From positions 6,090-70,089 of the forward strand of contig CAJJCC010000014.1 of the NCBI GenBank assembly GCA_905182585.1: DNA of 64,000 nt, written 5' to 3'. The notes below the pieces were generated by a model, which worked only from the letters and a program-made list of their open reading frames with translations, was not told the origin of the DNA and ran no database searches. Of this stretch, positions 18,617 through 28,130 are shown piece after piece (the stretch's first letter is position 1; each line of letters starts with the position of its first letter). The DNA is from an uncultured Flavobacteriales bacterium (GTDB taxonomy: Bacteria; Bacteroidota; Bacteroidia; Flavobacteriales_C; GCA-002722245). A program made the translations under genes and the position numbers.

Positions 18617-19474
18617 TTATTGATATTTTCTATGCAGTAACAATTGAAATTTCTGAAATGGCTCTTCTTCTTGATTCCAGTTTCTTTTGGTTGAGATTCC
18701 AGCTAATTTAGAATTTGCATCTGATATAGATTCACAATTATTTAAATCACTGATCGTTTTCAAAAACTGCTCTGTATTCCCATCAAATAATTCATTTGTA
18801 AATAAAAACTTCTCATTTATTCCAATGGCACTGTTTAAGTTCTGTATTTTCGTTTTCGCCAATTTAGCGGCTAAACTATTATCCTCCTCACTCACATCGA
18901 TTGCCAGATTATTAGAATGCATTGAAATCATTGACAATATTTCATCCTCTAATCCATCCGTTAATTCCTCTTGAGAGGGAATTTCTTCTTCAACACTAAC
19001 TTTATTTTCTAAAATTATTTCAGGTTCACTCACCATCACCTCTTCAGCAACTTTGTCCTTAACAACCTCCTCACTTTCCTCTTCATTAATAATCTCTCTC
19101 ACTTCGTTAATATGCGAGATGAACTCTGATGAAACTTGCGATCCTTCAACATCTTTTTCAGTGTATTCCAAAGCTTGATCCAAAGCATTCATTAACGCTT
19201 CCTCTTCTGAAACACATTCTTGGTCCCGTGATGAAAACTCTTGATCAACTAATTCTAAGGGCATTTCTAATTGCTCACCAGTGTTATTAGACTCGTTAAA
19301 AACGACGTAAGAAAGAATTACAGTTCCTTCGTGTAATTCGCGTGAGTTTTGAATTAAGTCCCTTAATACAGCCTCGCTTACGTTAGCTCCTAAATCTTCC
19401 ACCTTGGCCAATTTAGACTCAAATGCTTCTTGATTACTCCGTAATTGACTAATAATTTCTGAAAAATTGCTCAT
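18617..19474 (-). CDS. hypothetical highly acidic protein
   Basis: 285-aa ORF with a central Glu/Asp/Ser-rich low-complexity region. No recognisable motif. Confidence 0.5.
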   Translation of the reverse strand: MSNFSEIISQLRSNQEAFESKLAKVEDLGANVSEAVLRDLIQNSRELHEGTVILSYVVFNESNNTGEQLEMPLELVDQEFSSRDQECVSEEEALMNALDQALEYTEKDVEGSQVSSEFISHINEVREIINEEESEEVVKDKVAEEVMVSEPEIILENKVSVEEEIPSQEELTDGLEDEILSMISMHSNNLAIDVSEEDNSLAAKLAKTKIQNLNSAIGINEKFLFTNELFDGNTEQFLKTISDLNNCESISDANSKLAGISTKRNWNQEEEPFQKFQLLLHRKYQ

Positions 19475-19577
19475 ACCTAAAGATTCTAGCTTAAAAATAA
19501 GCGTTTATAGATTTCGCTCAGTGTATAAACTCTTTAGAATATTCACTTATTGTTGTTGAAGGTTAAAATAAAATTGG

Positions 19578-20258
19578 CTAAACGGTAACTCTTAGTCTTA
19601 AAGAATTACCTTTTTGGAATTCAAATTGGGCCTTTTCTAATCGGAAAGTATGTTCTAAAAACTCCGTGTTTTTAATAATAAGATCAACCCATTTTGAGTT
19701 TTGACCGCTTAGGTTTTTGGTTGGGAAAATAATAATTTCGTTTCGTGTGACACGAATCAATTCTCTAAAAGTTGCTATTTGTTCTTCTTCAGTGAAAAGG
19801 TGGTCATATAAAAACATTAGATGCGAAACTAAAGTAGTGTCAAACTCCTTATCTTCAAAAGGTAGCTTACTAACTTCGCCTGGAATATAATTCGAAGGAT
19901 TGGATTGATAATCCTTCAAAAATGTTTGGTATGCTTTAAATCTACTAATTCGAACGCCTTCAATATCGTGATAAAAATCCCAATTGTAATGCGATTTGTT
20001 AAAGGCTAATTTAGCTAATACTGTATCTAAATCTTCTTCCGCTTTAGTTTCTATTTCATCTGCCATAAAATAGTAAGCAGGATCGATAGCGGTGATGTTT
20101 AATCCAACTGCATTTCCGATTGCACAAAAGCTACTAACTCCAGCAGCAACATCCAAAACCTTTTTTCCTTCCAAAGATTCTTTCGTGACATCAAACATTC
20201 GCTTATACTCATTGTAGGTTCTTCCCACTAATGCTACTTGATCAAGAGTTATCGACAT
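19578..20258 (-). CDS. class I SAM-dependent methyltransferase
   Basis: 226 aa. Motif I 'KVLDVAAGVSSF' and a later acidic loop 'ITAIDP'. Confidence 0.65.
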   Translation of the reverse strand: MSITLDQVALVGRTYNEYKRMFDVTKESLEGKKVLDVAAGVSSFCAIGNAVGLNITAIDPAYYFMADEIETKAEEDLDTVLAKLAFNKSHYNWDFYHDIEGVRISRFKAYQTFLKDYQSNPSNYIPGEVSKLPFEDKEFDTTLVSHLMFLYDHLFTEEEQIATFRELIRVTRNEIIIFPTKNLSGQNSKWVDLIIKNTEFLEHTFRLEKAQFEFQKGNSLRLRVTV

Positions 20259-20294
20259 CTAATATTATACTTTAAGGAGTAAAAACGGCATGAA

Positions 20295-20328
20295 ATAAAA
20301 AAGCCACTTCTTATATGAGAAATGGCTT
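20295..20328 (-). terminator. rho-independent terminator after the exbBD block
   Basis: On the minus strand: AAGCCAtTTCT-catata-AGAAgTGGCTT followed by TTTTTT. Confidence 0.7.
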
Positions 20329-20355
20329 ACGAATATTTTGAACAAAAGTTGTTTC

Positions 20356-20856
20356 TTATTTTGTTTCGTTTACTATGTAATTAATTTTTAATGCTGACCC
20401 ATCTCTTAACTCCTCTTTTACTTCACTCACAACACCCAGCTTGGTCTTTTTATCAATCTTTAAACATACAATCATTTGCTTTGCCTTAGATACTCCGATT
20501 TCGGGATTTACCTCTGAATAGTTACTTTTTATACTTGCCCGCTTCTCATCTAAAAACAGTCGAATATCTTCCTTTCTTTTAATGGCATCGTTCAACTGAA
20601 TGGCGGTTTTATCCCCATAAATTTTTTGCATCGCTTTTACAGGGATTCCCAACTGAATATATGCAGTAGGAGTCTTATCTTCTAATTTACCTGTTTCTAC
20701 AGCACTTGGTAAAGAAACCATTACACTGGCTTCATTATCTTTTGAGTTTGTAGCAACCATAAAAAAGAACAACAACATAAATACAATATCCGGTAAGGAT
20801 GCAGTAGATATAGCTGGGCCATCTTTTTTCTTTTTACCTCCGTCAAATTTTGACAT
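20356..20856 (-). CDS. exbD: ExbD/TolR family biopolymer transport protein
   Basis: 166 aa. N-terminal 'LPDIVFMLLFFFMV' TM motif typical of ExbD. Confidence 0.8.
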   Translation of the reverse strand: MSKFDGGKKKKDGPAISTASLPDIVFMLLFFFMVATNSKDNEASVMVSLPSAVETGKLEDKTPTAYIQLGIPVKAMQKIYGDKTAIQLNDAIKRKEDIRLFLDEKRASIKSNYSEVNPEIGVSKAKQMIVCLKIDKKTKLGVVSEVKEELRDGSALKINYIVNETK

Positions 20857-20871
20857 ATTAATTATCTCTTT

Positions 20872-21552
20872 TTATTGAACAACTGGAGCTTCAGAAATAT
20901 TTTCCTTGTACACCATTTTCAACATTCCTTTTTCTTCTAAGTTTAAGTCATTCCAACCTCTACCCAACTTCTTTTTTGCTAACTCACTTCTCAACTCAGT
21001 ATAAGCTTGCTTTAACTCATCTTTTAAAGAAATATAAGTCTGATAATCTGCTCCTTGCGTTGCTTGTAAATTGATAACATGCTCAGATGTTTTAAAATCA
21101 TTTCCAAACAACTCAAATGCCTTCAGTCTTAATTCTGCCTTTCTAAGCTTACGTTCGCTAGAAACTTGCTTTTCAATAGTCGTTTCCTCTAAGTTCTTTC
21201 GATTAATCGCAATTCTTTCTTTGATCTTGTTAAGATCCGCTACCTTATTCTCGGGCCACTTAGAATTGTTACCTTCATTCAAGATTCGTTCCTTTATCAA
21301 CCCTTTAATCTGATTTAGTGACACTGACTCTCCACTAAACATTAATTCATTGTTTTCACGGGCTAAAACATTAATAATATTTCGCTCATTAATTTTTTTT
21401 GGTGGTGTTGAATCTGTGGTTTTTTCAGGAAGTAATTGAAACATACCAGCCTCCTTACTCATCTCTGAAGTGACTAAAAAGAAAATAAGTAAAAGAAAGG
21501 CGATGTCAGCCATCGACCCTGCATTAACTTCTGGTGCTTGTCTTCTTCCCAT
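20872..21552 (-). CDS. exbD: ExbD/TolR family protein with extended coiled C-terminal region
   Basis: 226 aa. The 'MADIAFLLLIFFLVTS' ExbD TM motif is followed by a long charged helical tail. Confidence 0.75.
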   Translation of the reverse strand: MGRRQAPEVNAGSMADIAFLLLIFFLVTSEMSKEAGMFQLLPEKTTDSTPPKKINERNIINVLARENNELMFSGESVSLNQIKGLIKERILNEGNNSKWPENKVADLNKIKERIAINRKNLEETTIEKQVSSERKLRKAELRLKAFELFGNDFKTSEHVINLQATQGADYQTYISLKDELKQAYTELRSELAKKKLGRGWNDLNLEEKGMLKMVYKENISEAPVVQ

Positions 21553-21555
21553 TTC

Positions 21556-21951
21556 TTATAGTTTGAACAACCTTTTAATTTCAGATAAGAAAATCAAAGT
21601 AACCGCTATAATCGTAACCGTATAAAAGGTATATATTCCTCCCTCAGTAAATTTACTTCCTGCTATTAGTTCTCCTGTTTCAGGATCAAAAGAATCTGTA
21701 GAAGCACTATAGCCAATGAATATAATAAGGCCTAATGATAAAAAGCTAATGATAAATTTAATCCCAGACCTTGGGTTTTCTGCGAAATTAAAAATAGCGA
21801 AACCAATAGTAATAATAGCTATTGCATAACATAATACTAATGAGAATTGAATTAACGTCATTTCATCAATAGAACCTGTCAAGGTCAAAATAATGAATAA
21901 CCAAACGATTCCGATCAGAGAGTATTTTCCAATTTTTAGTGTGTTTTCCAT
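21556..21951 (-). CDS. small 4-TM membrane protein of unknown function, embedded in the exbB-exbD block
   Basis: 131 aa with four hydrophobic segments. Separated by 4 nt and 21 nt from its neighbours. Confidence 0.55.
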   Translation of the reverse strand: MENTLKIGKYSLIGIVWLFIILTLTGSIDEMTLIQFSLVLCYAIAIITIGFAIFNFAENPRSGIKFIISFLSLGLIIFIGYSASTDSFDPETGELIAGSKFTEGGIYTFYTVTIIAVTLIFLSEIKRLFKL

Positions 21952-21971
21952 AACGAAAATATCAGTTTGGA

Positions 21972-22772
21972 TTAACCAATTTTATTTTGAACAACCTTTA
22001 TAAATGCATTTGACGCGTCTTCCATTTGGTTTACCAAATTATCGATTTTAGCAACGACTACATTATAAAATACTTGAAGAATAATCGCTACAATTAAACC
22101 TGCAACAGTAGTAATTAAAGCCATTTTAATATCACCTGCCATTGCCGACGCCTCAATACCACCAGCTTCAGCGATGGAATCAAACGCTCCTATCATACCC
22201 AATACAGTTCCTAAGAACCCTAACATCGGTGCCAATGCTATAAATAATGAAATCCAAGAAATCCCTTTTTCCATTAGCCCCATTTGTACAGATCCCCCTG
22301 CAATAACAGCTTTTTCAACTTGCTCAACTCCTTCATCTGCTCTTGTTAAACCGTCATAAAAGATAGCTCCAACTGGTCCTCTAGTATTTCTACAAACTTC
22401 TTTAGCCCCTTCAACACCACTCGTATTTAAAGCTTCTTCAACTTGTTGTAATACTTTCTTAGTATTAACATTTGATAAACTCAAGTAAATGATTCTTTCA
22501 ATAGCAGTTGCAATCCCTAAGATTAAACAGGCTAAAACCATAATCATGAAGTTAACTCCACCTTCTATAAATCTTTTCTTTACCACTTGAGTAAATGAAG
22601 GCTCTTGTCCGCCTTCTATGTCTTCTTTTGTTTCAGGTGTTTGAACTACAATTGATTCTTGAGTAGTCGTTTCCACAGTTACCGAATCGGCGTTTGCATA
22701 AACTGAATTTGTGCTTATTAAACCTAAAATTAAGGTTAACGAAAGCGTTAAAGTTGAAATAATTTTTTTCAT
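21972..22772 (-). CDS. exbB: MotA/TolQ/ExbB proton-channel family protein
   Basis: 266 aa. Signal/TM segment, then 'LFIALAPMLGFLGTVLGMIGAF', the hallmark ExbB motif. Confidence 0.85.
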   Translation of the reverse strand: MKKIISTLTLSLTLILGLISTNSVYANADSVTVETTTQESIVVQTPETKEDIEGGQEPSFTQVVKKRFIEGGVNFMIMVLACLILGIATAIERIIYLSLSNVNTKKVLQQVEEALNTSGVEGAKEVCRNTRGPVGAIFYDGLTRADEGVEQVEKAVIAGGSVQMGLMEKGISWISLFIALAPMLGFLGTVLGMIGAFDSIAEAGGIEASAMAGDIKMALITTVAGLIVAIILQVFYNVVVAKIDNLVNQMEDASNAFIKVVQNKIG

Positions 22773-22910
22773 TTTTTATCTACTTTATTAATTATTGGAC
22801 GCATTTAATTTCCAACGACCAAATTAAAGAATTATTTTTACTAATATATTGCAAAGATACACAAACGGTGTAAGTTTGGTAATCGTATGTGAAGTTAAAA
22901 ATCACATTGT

Positions 22911-22918
22911 TAACTTTG
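22911..22918 (+). promoter_or_regulatory. putative -7 box (TAACTTTG) for rbfA
   Basis: Exact TAnnTTTG match 28 nt upstream of the rbfA ATG. A second match, TAAGTTTG, lies at 22871-22878. Confidence 0.35.
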
Positions 22919-22946
22919 CATTTATTAATAATTTCCCAAGTACATT

Positions 22947-23282
22947 ATGGAAGGTAGAAGACAAGAAAAAATTGGTAATGTTTTAAAGCAAGATTTAGCA
23001 ACATTATTTCAGCGTGAAGCAAAAACTATGTTTGGAGGAGCCTTTATAACAGTAACCTCTGTAAGAGTTACTAGTGACTTATCTTACGCTAAAGTACACC
23101 TCAGTATTTTTGGAAATAATTCAGAGGAGTCTTTAAAATTAGTACAAAGTCAAACAAGAGAAATAAGACATATAATTGCTAAAAAAGTTAGACACCAAAT
23201 GAGAAAGGTTCCTTCTTTTCAATTTTTCATTGATGATTCCTTAGATTACTACGAGGAAATAGATAAGCTTTTGAAAGAATAA
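22947..23282 (+). CDS. rbfA: ribosome-binding factor A
   Basis: 111 aa. 'RQEKIGNVLKQDLATLFQ...ITVTSVRVTSDLSYAKVHLSIF' matches the RbfA pattern. Confidence 0.88.
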   Translation: MEGRRQEKIGNVLKQDLATLFQREAKTMFGGAFITVTSVRVTSDLSYAKVHLSIFGNNSEESLKLVQSQTREIRHIIAKKVRHQMRKVPSFQFFIDDSLDYYEEIDKLLKE

Positions 23283-23283
23283 C

Positions 23284-24474
23284 TTGAGGTTTTCACTAAC
23301 CATAGCACTTCGTTATCTTTTTTCACGAAAAAAAAATAATGTAATTAATTGGATTACCTGGATCTCAGTATCGGTAGTCGGAATTGTTGCGTGCGCTTTG
23401 GTGGTTATTCTTTCGGCTATGAATGGTTTATCATCTTCAGTGATGGATCTATACACTAATTTTGATCCTGATTTAAAGATTGAATCAAAAAATGGACGAC
23501 GCTTTTCTCCAGATCAAATTCCGCTATCTATTTTGGAAAACTACGAAGGCGTAAGAGGATTATCCTATTCGATAGAAGAAACTGCTCTTTTAAAATACAA
23601 AGACAACCAAGAAGTTGCTACAATAAAAGGCGTTTCAAATCATTTTCAAAAAATAACGAACATCGACACCAAAATTATCGAAGGATACTACGGTCCATTT
23701 GTTGGGGGACCAAACGAAAGTGTTTTGGGAATTAACATTGCCTATAAACTGGGCGTTATCACCGATTCAAATTCGCCATTAAGGATTTACATTCCTAACC
23801 TAATTGGAAATTCATCGGGACCTTCAGAGTTGTTTAGATCGATCACAACTTACCCACGAGGAATTTTTGATATCAATGGAGATTTTAACAGTAAGTATAT
23901 TATTGTCTCCATTGATCAAGCTAGAAAATTATTAGGAATCGAAACTAATATAAATTCAATTGAAATCGGAATCGACACTCTACTTGATCCAACTACCATA
24001 AAACAAGAAATTCAAAAATTAGTAGGTGAGAAATTCAAGGTTAAAACAAGGTTTGAGCAAAATGAATTTCTTTTTAAATCTATTAACGCCGAAAAGTGGA
24101 TCACCCTTCTTATTTTATCGTTAGTTATTGTACTTGCTATATTTAATGTAATTGGTTCTTTAACTATGCTGGTAATCGATAAACAAAAGGACATTTTTGT
24201 TTTGCAAAGCATGGGTGCAAACCTCAAACAAATTCGATTTATCTTTTGGTTGGAAGGAAGTTTAATTTCTGCCATTGGTTCATTACTTGGTTTAGGAATT
24301 GGGGTTACGCTAATCATATTACAAACTAATTTTTGCTTATTTGCATACGGTACAACTGGTGGGCTAGATTGCTTTCCTGTTGAACTTCAAATCAGAGATA
24401 TACTAATTATTGTAATGGTAATTAATACTATTGGCGCTTTAGCTTCCTTAATTCCTATTCGAAGAATTAAGTAA
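23284..24474 (+). CDS. FtsX-like ABC transporter permease (LolC/E family)
   Basis: 396 aa with a TTG start. 'IALRYLFSRKKNN' N-terminus, a large periplasmic loop and a C-terminal FtsX domain. Confidence 0.8.
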   Translation: MRFSLTIALRYLFSRKKNNVINWITWISVSVVGIVACALVVILSAMNGLSSSVMDLYTNFDPDLKIESKNGRRFSPDQIPLSILENYEGVRGLSYSIEETALLKYKDNQEVATIKGVSNHFQKITNIDTKIIEGYYGPFVGGPNESVLGINIAYKLGVITDSNSPLRIYIPNLIGNSSGPSELFRSITTYPRGIFDINGDFNSKYIIVSIDQARKLLGIETNINSIEIGIDTLLDPTTIKQEIQKLVGEKFKVKTRFEQNEFLFKSINAEKWITLLILSLVIVLAIFNVIGSLTMLVIDKQKDIFVLQSMGANLKQIRFIFWLEGSLISAIGSLLGLGIGVTLIILQTNFCLFAYGTTGGLDCFPVELQIRDILIIVMVINTIGALASLIPIRRIK

Positions 24475-24527
24475 AAGAAGGATTTCCGCATAGATTTAAT
24501 TATTTTTGCATTTCAAAACAGACTATT

Positions 24528-25859
24528 ATGAAACTTTGGGACAAAGGATTTAATGTTGATAAAGCAATTGAAGACTTTACAATTGGAAACGATGCCGAAT
24601 TAGATATGCACCTTGCACCTTTTGATGTATTGGGAAATATAGCGCACGTAACCATGCTTACCGAAGTTGGTTTGTTAGAGAAAGAGGAACTTCCTGCACT
24701 TAAAAAAGAGCTGGGCGAAATTTACAAATCAACTCAAGACGGTTCTTTTGAAATCCTACCAGGAACGGAAGATGTACATTCACAAGTTGAAGCATTACTT
24801 ACTGAGCGCTTAGGTGATATTGGTAAAAAAGTTCACAGTGCTCGATCAAGAAATGATCAAGTTTTAGTAGATCTAAAATTATACGGTAGAAGTGAATTGA
24901 TTCAAATTTCAAATCTTACCAAAAAATTATTCGATGCTTTCCAAGATCAAAGTGAAACACATAAAGATGTTTTACTGCCTGGATATACGCATTTACAAGT
25001 TGCAATGCCTTCTTCTTTTGGATTATGGTTTGGCGCTCATGCTGAATCATTAGCGGATGATATGGATTTACTAGCAACAGCTTTCCGTTTCACCAATCAA
25101 AACCCATTAGGTTCTGCTGCTGGTTATGGATCTTCATTTCCTATCAACCGAACAAGAACTACTGAGTTATTAGGTTTTGAAGACTTACATTACAATGTTG
25201 TTTACGCTCAGATGACACGTGGGAAAACTGAACGTACTGCTGCTTACGCAATTAGCGCATTAGCCACTACATTGATGAAATTTGCTGCAGATTCATGTAT
25301 GTACATGAGTCAGAATTTTGACTTCATTAAAGTACCCAATGAATTTACAACAGGATCGAGCATTATGCCGCACAAGAAAAACCCTGATGTATTTGAATTA
25401 ATGCGTGGGAAGTGTAATAAGCTGCAAGCTATTCCTGGAGAATTAGCAGCAATAATGGGGAATTTGACTACTGGTTATTTTCGCGATTTACAATTATTGA
25501 AAGAAAAATATATCTATGCTTTTAAAGAAATCAAAGCCTGTTTAGAAATAGCTTTGTTAATGGTTCCCAATATCTCTGTGAATAAAAACATTTTAGACGA
25601 TAAAAAGTACGATTACTTATTTAGTGTTGAAGAGGTAAATAAGCGTGTTTTAGAAGGAACTCCATTTCGTGAATCATACAAGCAAGTTGGTTTAGAAATT
25701 GAAGCAGGGAATTTCACTCCTAATAAAGAAGTTAATCATACGCATGAAGGATCAATCGGAAATCTTTGCACTGAAAACATCAAGGCAAAAATGGATGAGA
25801 ACTTCGCTAAGATTGATAGTTCTAAAATTGACAAGGCGATTGAGAATTTACTGGCTTAA
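24528..25859 (+). CDS. argH: argininosuccinate lyase
   Basis: 443 aa. 'MKLWDKGF', 'SARSRNDQV', 'GYTHLQVAMP' and 'GSSIMPHKKNPD' are fumarate-lyase signatures. Confidence 0.93.
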   Translation: MKLWDKGFNVDKAIEDFTIGNDAELDMHLAPFDVLGNIAHVTMLTEVGLLEKEELPALKKELGEIYKSTQDGSFEILPGTEDVHSQVEALLTERLGDIGKKVHSARSRNDQVLVDLKLYGRSELIQISNLTKKLFDAFQDQSETHKDVLLPGYTHLQVAMPSSFGLWFGAHAESLADDMDLLATAFRFTNQNPLGSAAGYGSSFPINRTRTTELLGFEDLHYNVVYAQMTRGKTERTAAYAISALATTLMKFAADSCMYMSQNFDFIKVPNEFTTGSSIMPHKKNPDVFELMRGKCNKLQAIPGELAAIMGNLTTGYFRDLQLLKEKYIYAFKEIKACLEIALLMVPNISVNKNILDDKKYDYLFSVEEVNKRVLEGTPFRESYKQVGLEIEAGNFTPNKEVNHTHEGSIGNLCTENIKAKMDENFAKIDSSKIDKAIENLLA

Positions 25860-25866
25860 GGATTTG

Positions 25867-25907
25867 GGCTACAAATCAAAGTTTTGATTTGTAGCCTTAT
25901 ATTTTTC
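25867..25907 (+). terminator. rho-independent terminator of argH
   Basis: GGCTACAAATCAAA-gt-TTTGATTTGTAGCC followed by TTATATTTTT. Confidence 0.8.
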
Positions 25908-26092
25908 AGTTTTCGGTATCGTGTCTGCCCAGTTCTTCGATCTCCAGTATAACTTTTTATTTGAAAGAATTGTTTGATGTTGTTAACGATTTCTAAACCA
26001 ATCATGACAATGAAATCCTAAAATCAAACGCTGCAAATTAAGTACCAGATTCAAACGCTATGAATCGAGTCACAAATCCAATCAATCACCAC

Positions 26093-26443
26093 CTACAATT
26101 CAATCACCACTTCAAAACTCTCCATTTCCCCTTGAATGGGTGGGTTTTGTTTAGCTAACGATAAAGTTCCCGATTCCACTTGAGGAAACTCATGCAATAA
26201 TCTTGTAGCAATTCTATGAGCAACGTTCTCAATCAACTTTGATTTTGTCTTCATTTCATCGCGAATCATATCGCTTAGTTTAGAATAATCAACAGTTCCT
26301 TCAATAGTATCTTTAATCGCTGCTTCCGTAAACTCTACGTCTACTTCTAAATTAACGATATACCATTGTCCAACTTTACGCTCCACTTCAAAAACTCCGT
26401 GGTAAGCATATACTTTTAGGTTATTTATACAAATCGTGCTCAT
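26093..26443 (-). CDS. folB: dihydroneopterin aldolase
   Basis: 116 aa. 'LKVYAYHGVFEVERKVGQ...VDY' is FolB-like. Its start overlaps the glnS stop (TAATG). Confidence 0.85.
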   Translation of the reverse strand: MSTICINNLKVYAYHGVFEVERKVGQWYIVNLEVDVEFTEAAIKDTIEGTVDYSKLSDMIRDEMKTKSKLIENVAHRIATRLLHEFPQVESGTLSLAKQNPPIQGEMESFEVVIEL

Positions 26444-28089
26444 TACTTCTTTTTAGCTTTTAAAGTAACTGTTCTATTTAAAATGATATTGTCAGTCGTT
26501 GAATCTTTATCAATACAGAAATAACCAGTTCTATCAAACTGAACAGTAGTTCCTGGTGTTAAAGTTTGTACTGACGGTTCAATAAAGGCTTCAATCACAT
26601 CCAAAGAATTTGGATTAATATCATCCATAAAATCTCTTCCTCCTTCTTCAGGGTTCTCAGAATTAAACAACCCTTCATAAAGGTTAATCTTAGCCTTTAA
26701 TGCATGCTTGGCGCTAACCCAGTGAATTGTTCCTTTAATCTTTCTTCCGTCATCACTCCAACCTCCTTTTGTAGTTGGGTCGTAAGTACATAACAACTCT
26801 GTAATATTACCTTCAGCATCTTTTATTACTTCATTACAAGTAATATAATACCCGTGTTTAAAACGAACTTCTTTCCCATTTGTTAATCGGAAAAATTTCT
26901 TTGGGGCATCTTCCATGAAATCCGCCCGTTCAATATATAAGTCTCTGCTTAAAGGCATCTGCCGTAATCCTGCAGTTTCATCTTCAGGATTGTTTTTAGC
27001 ATCACACATCTCCTCTTTACCTTCTTCGTAATTTGTGATCGTTACTTTTAAAGGATCCAAAACAGCCATTACTCTATTCGCCGATTTATTTAAAAACTGA
27101 CGCGTGTAAAAATCTAATCTCGACATTTCAGTAATTGAGTTTCTTTTCGAAACACCAATTCCTTCAGCCAAATCTCTGATTGCTTGTGCAGGAATTCCTC
27201 TTCTTCTAATTCCAGCCAAAGTTGTTAACCTAGGGTCATCCCATCCGTCAACAACACCTTCATCAATTAACCTCTTCACCTTACGCTTACTTGTTACCGA
27301 GTTCGAGATGTTTAATCTCGCCATTTCAATTTGTTGAGGTTGAGCAGCAGTGTTTAATTTGCTGTTGAACCAATCGTATAATGGACGATGAACTTCAAAT
27401 TCTAACGTGCAAACCGAATGTGTAATCCCTTCAATAGCATCGCTTACACCGTGAGCGTAATCGTAAATAGGGTAAATACACCACTTATCCCCAGTTCTGT
27501 GGTGATCCTTTTTGATAATCCTGTACATCAGGGGATCACGCATATGCATATTATCATGAGCCATATCAATTTTAGCTCTCAATGTCATTTTTCCTTCTTC
27601 AACTTCTCCAGCCTTCATTTTTTCAAATGCAGCTAGATTTTCTTCAACCGAACGATCTCTAAATGGACTTGGTTTACCTGGCTCAGAATGATTTCCTTTA
27701 TACGCAGCAATCTCTTCAACCGATTGTTCACAAACATAAGCATCGCCTTGTTTAATCAATTGAACTGCATAAGCGTAAAGCTGATCAAAATGATCTGAAG
27801 TGTGTAATTCCTTCTCCCATTTAAAACCTAACCATTCAATGTTCTCCTTAATTGCATCAACGTATTCTTGCTTTTCAGCAGTTGGATTCGTATCATCAAA
27901 ACGGAGGTTAACTTTTCCTTTATATTGCTCCCCTAAACCAAAGTTTAAGCAAATTGCTTTTGCATGCCCAATGTGTAAATATCCGTTTGGTTCTGGCGGG
28001 AATCGTGTGTAAATATCTTGGTGTTTACCTGATGATAAATCACCTTGAATTATTTGCTCGATAAAATTTAATGATCTTTCTTCTTCCAT
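26443..28089 (-). CDS. glnS: glutamine--tRNA ligase
   Basis: 548 aa. 'TRFPPEPNGYLHIGHAKA' (HIGH motif) and 'VTSKR' (KMSKS variant), with GlnRS-type overall length. Confidence 0.93.
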   Translation of the reverse strand: MEEERSLNFIEQIIQGDLSSGKHQDIYTRFPPEPNGYLHIGHAKAICLNFGLGEQYKGKVNLRFDDTNPTAEKQEYVDAIKENIEWLGFKWEKELHTSDHFDQLYAYAVQLIKQGDAYVCEQSVEEIAAYKGNHSEPGKPSPFRDRSVEENLAAFEKMKAGEVEEGKMTLRAKIDMAHDNMHMRDPLMYRIIKKDHHRTGDKWCIYPIYDYAHGVSDAIEGITHSVCTLEFEVHRPLYDWFNSKLNTAAQPQQIEMARLNISNSVTSKRKVKRLIDEGVVDGWDDPRLTTLAGIRRRGIPAQAIRDLAEGIGVSKRNSITEMSRLDFYTRQFLNKSANRVMAVLDPLKVTITNYEEGKEEMCDAKNNPEDETAGLRQMPLSRDLYIERADFMEDAPKKFFRLTNGKEVRFKHGYYITCNEVIKDAEGNITELLCTYDPTTKGGWSDDGRKIKGTIHWVSAKHALKAKINLYEGLFNSENPEEGGRDFMDDINPNSLDVIEAFIEPSVQTLTPGTTVQFDRTGYFCIDKDSTTDNIILNRTVTLKAKKK

Positions 28090-28130
28090 TGTAATTTGAT
28101 TAGTCTTTAGGCTATCCCCAAAGTGCTCAA

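Noticed and set aside
26023-26059. Direct repeat ATCAAACGCT / TTCAAACGCT 27 bp apart, downstream of folB
   Set aside because: Only 9-10 bp and present twice, with no associated structure. Probably chance.
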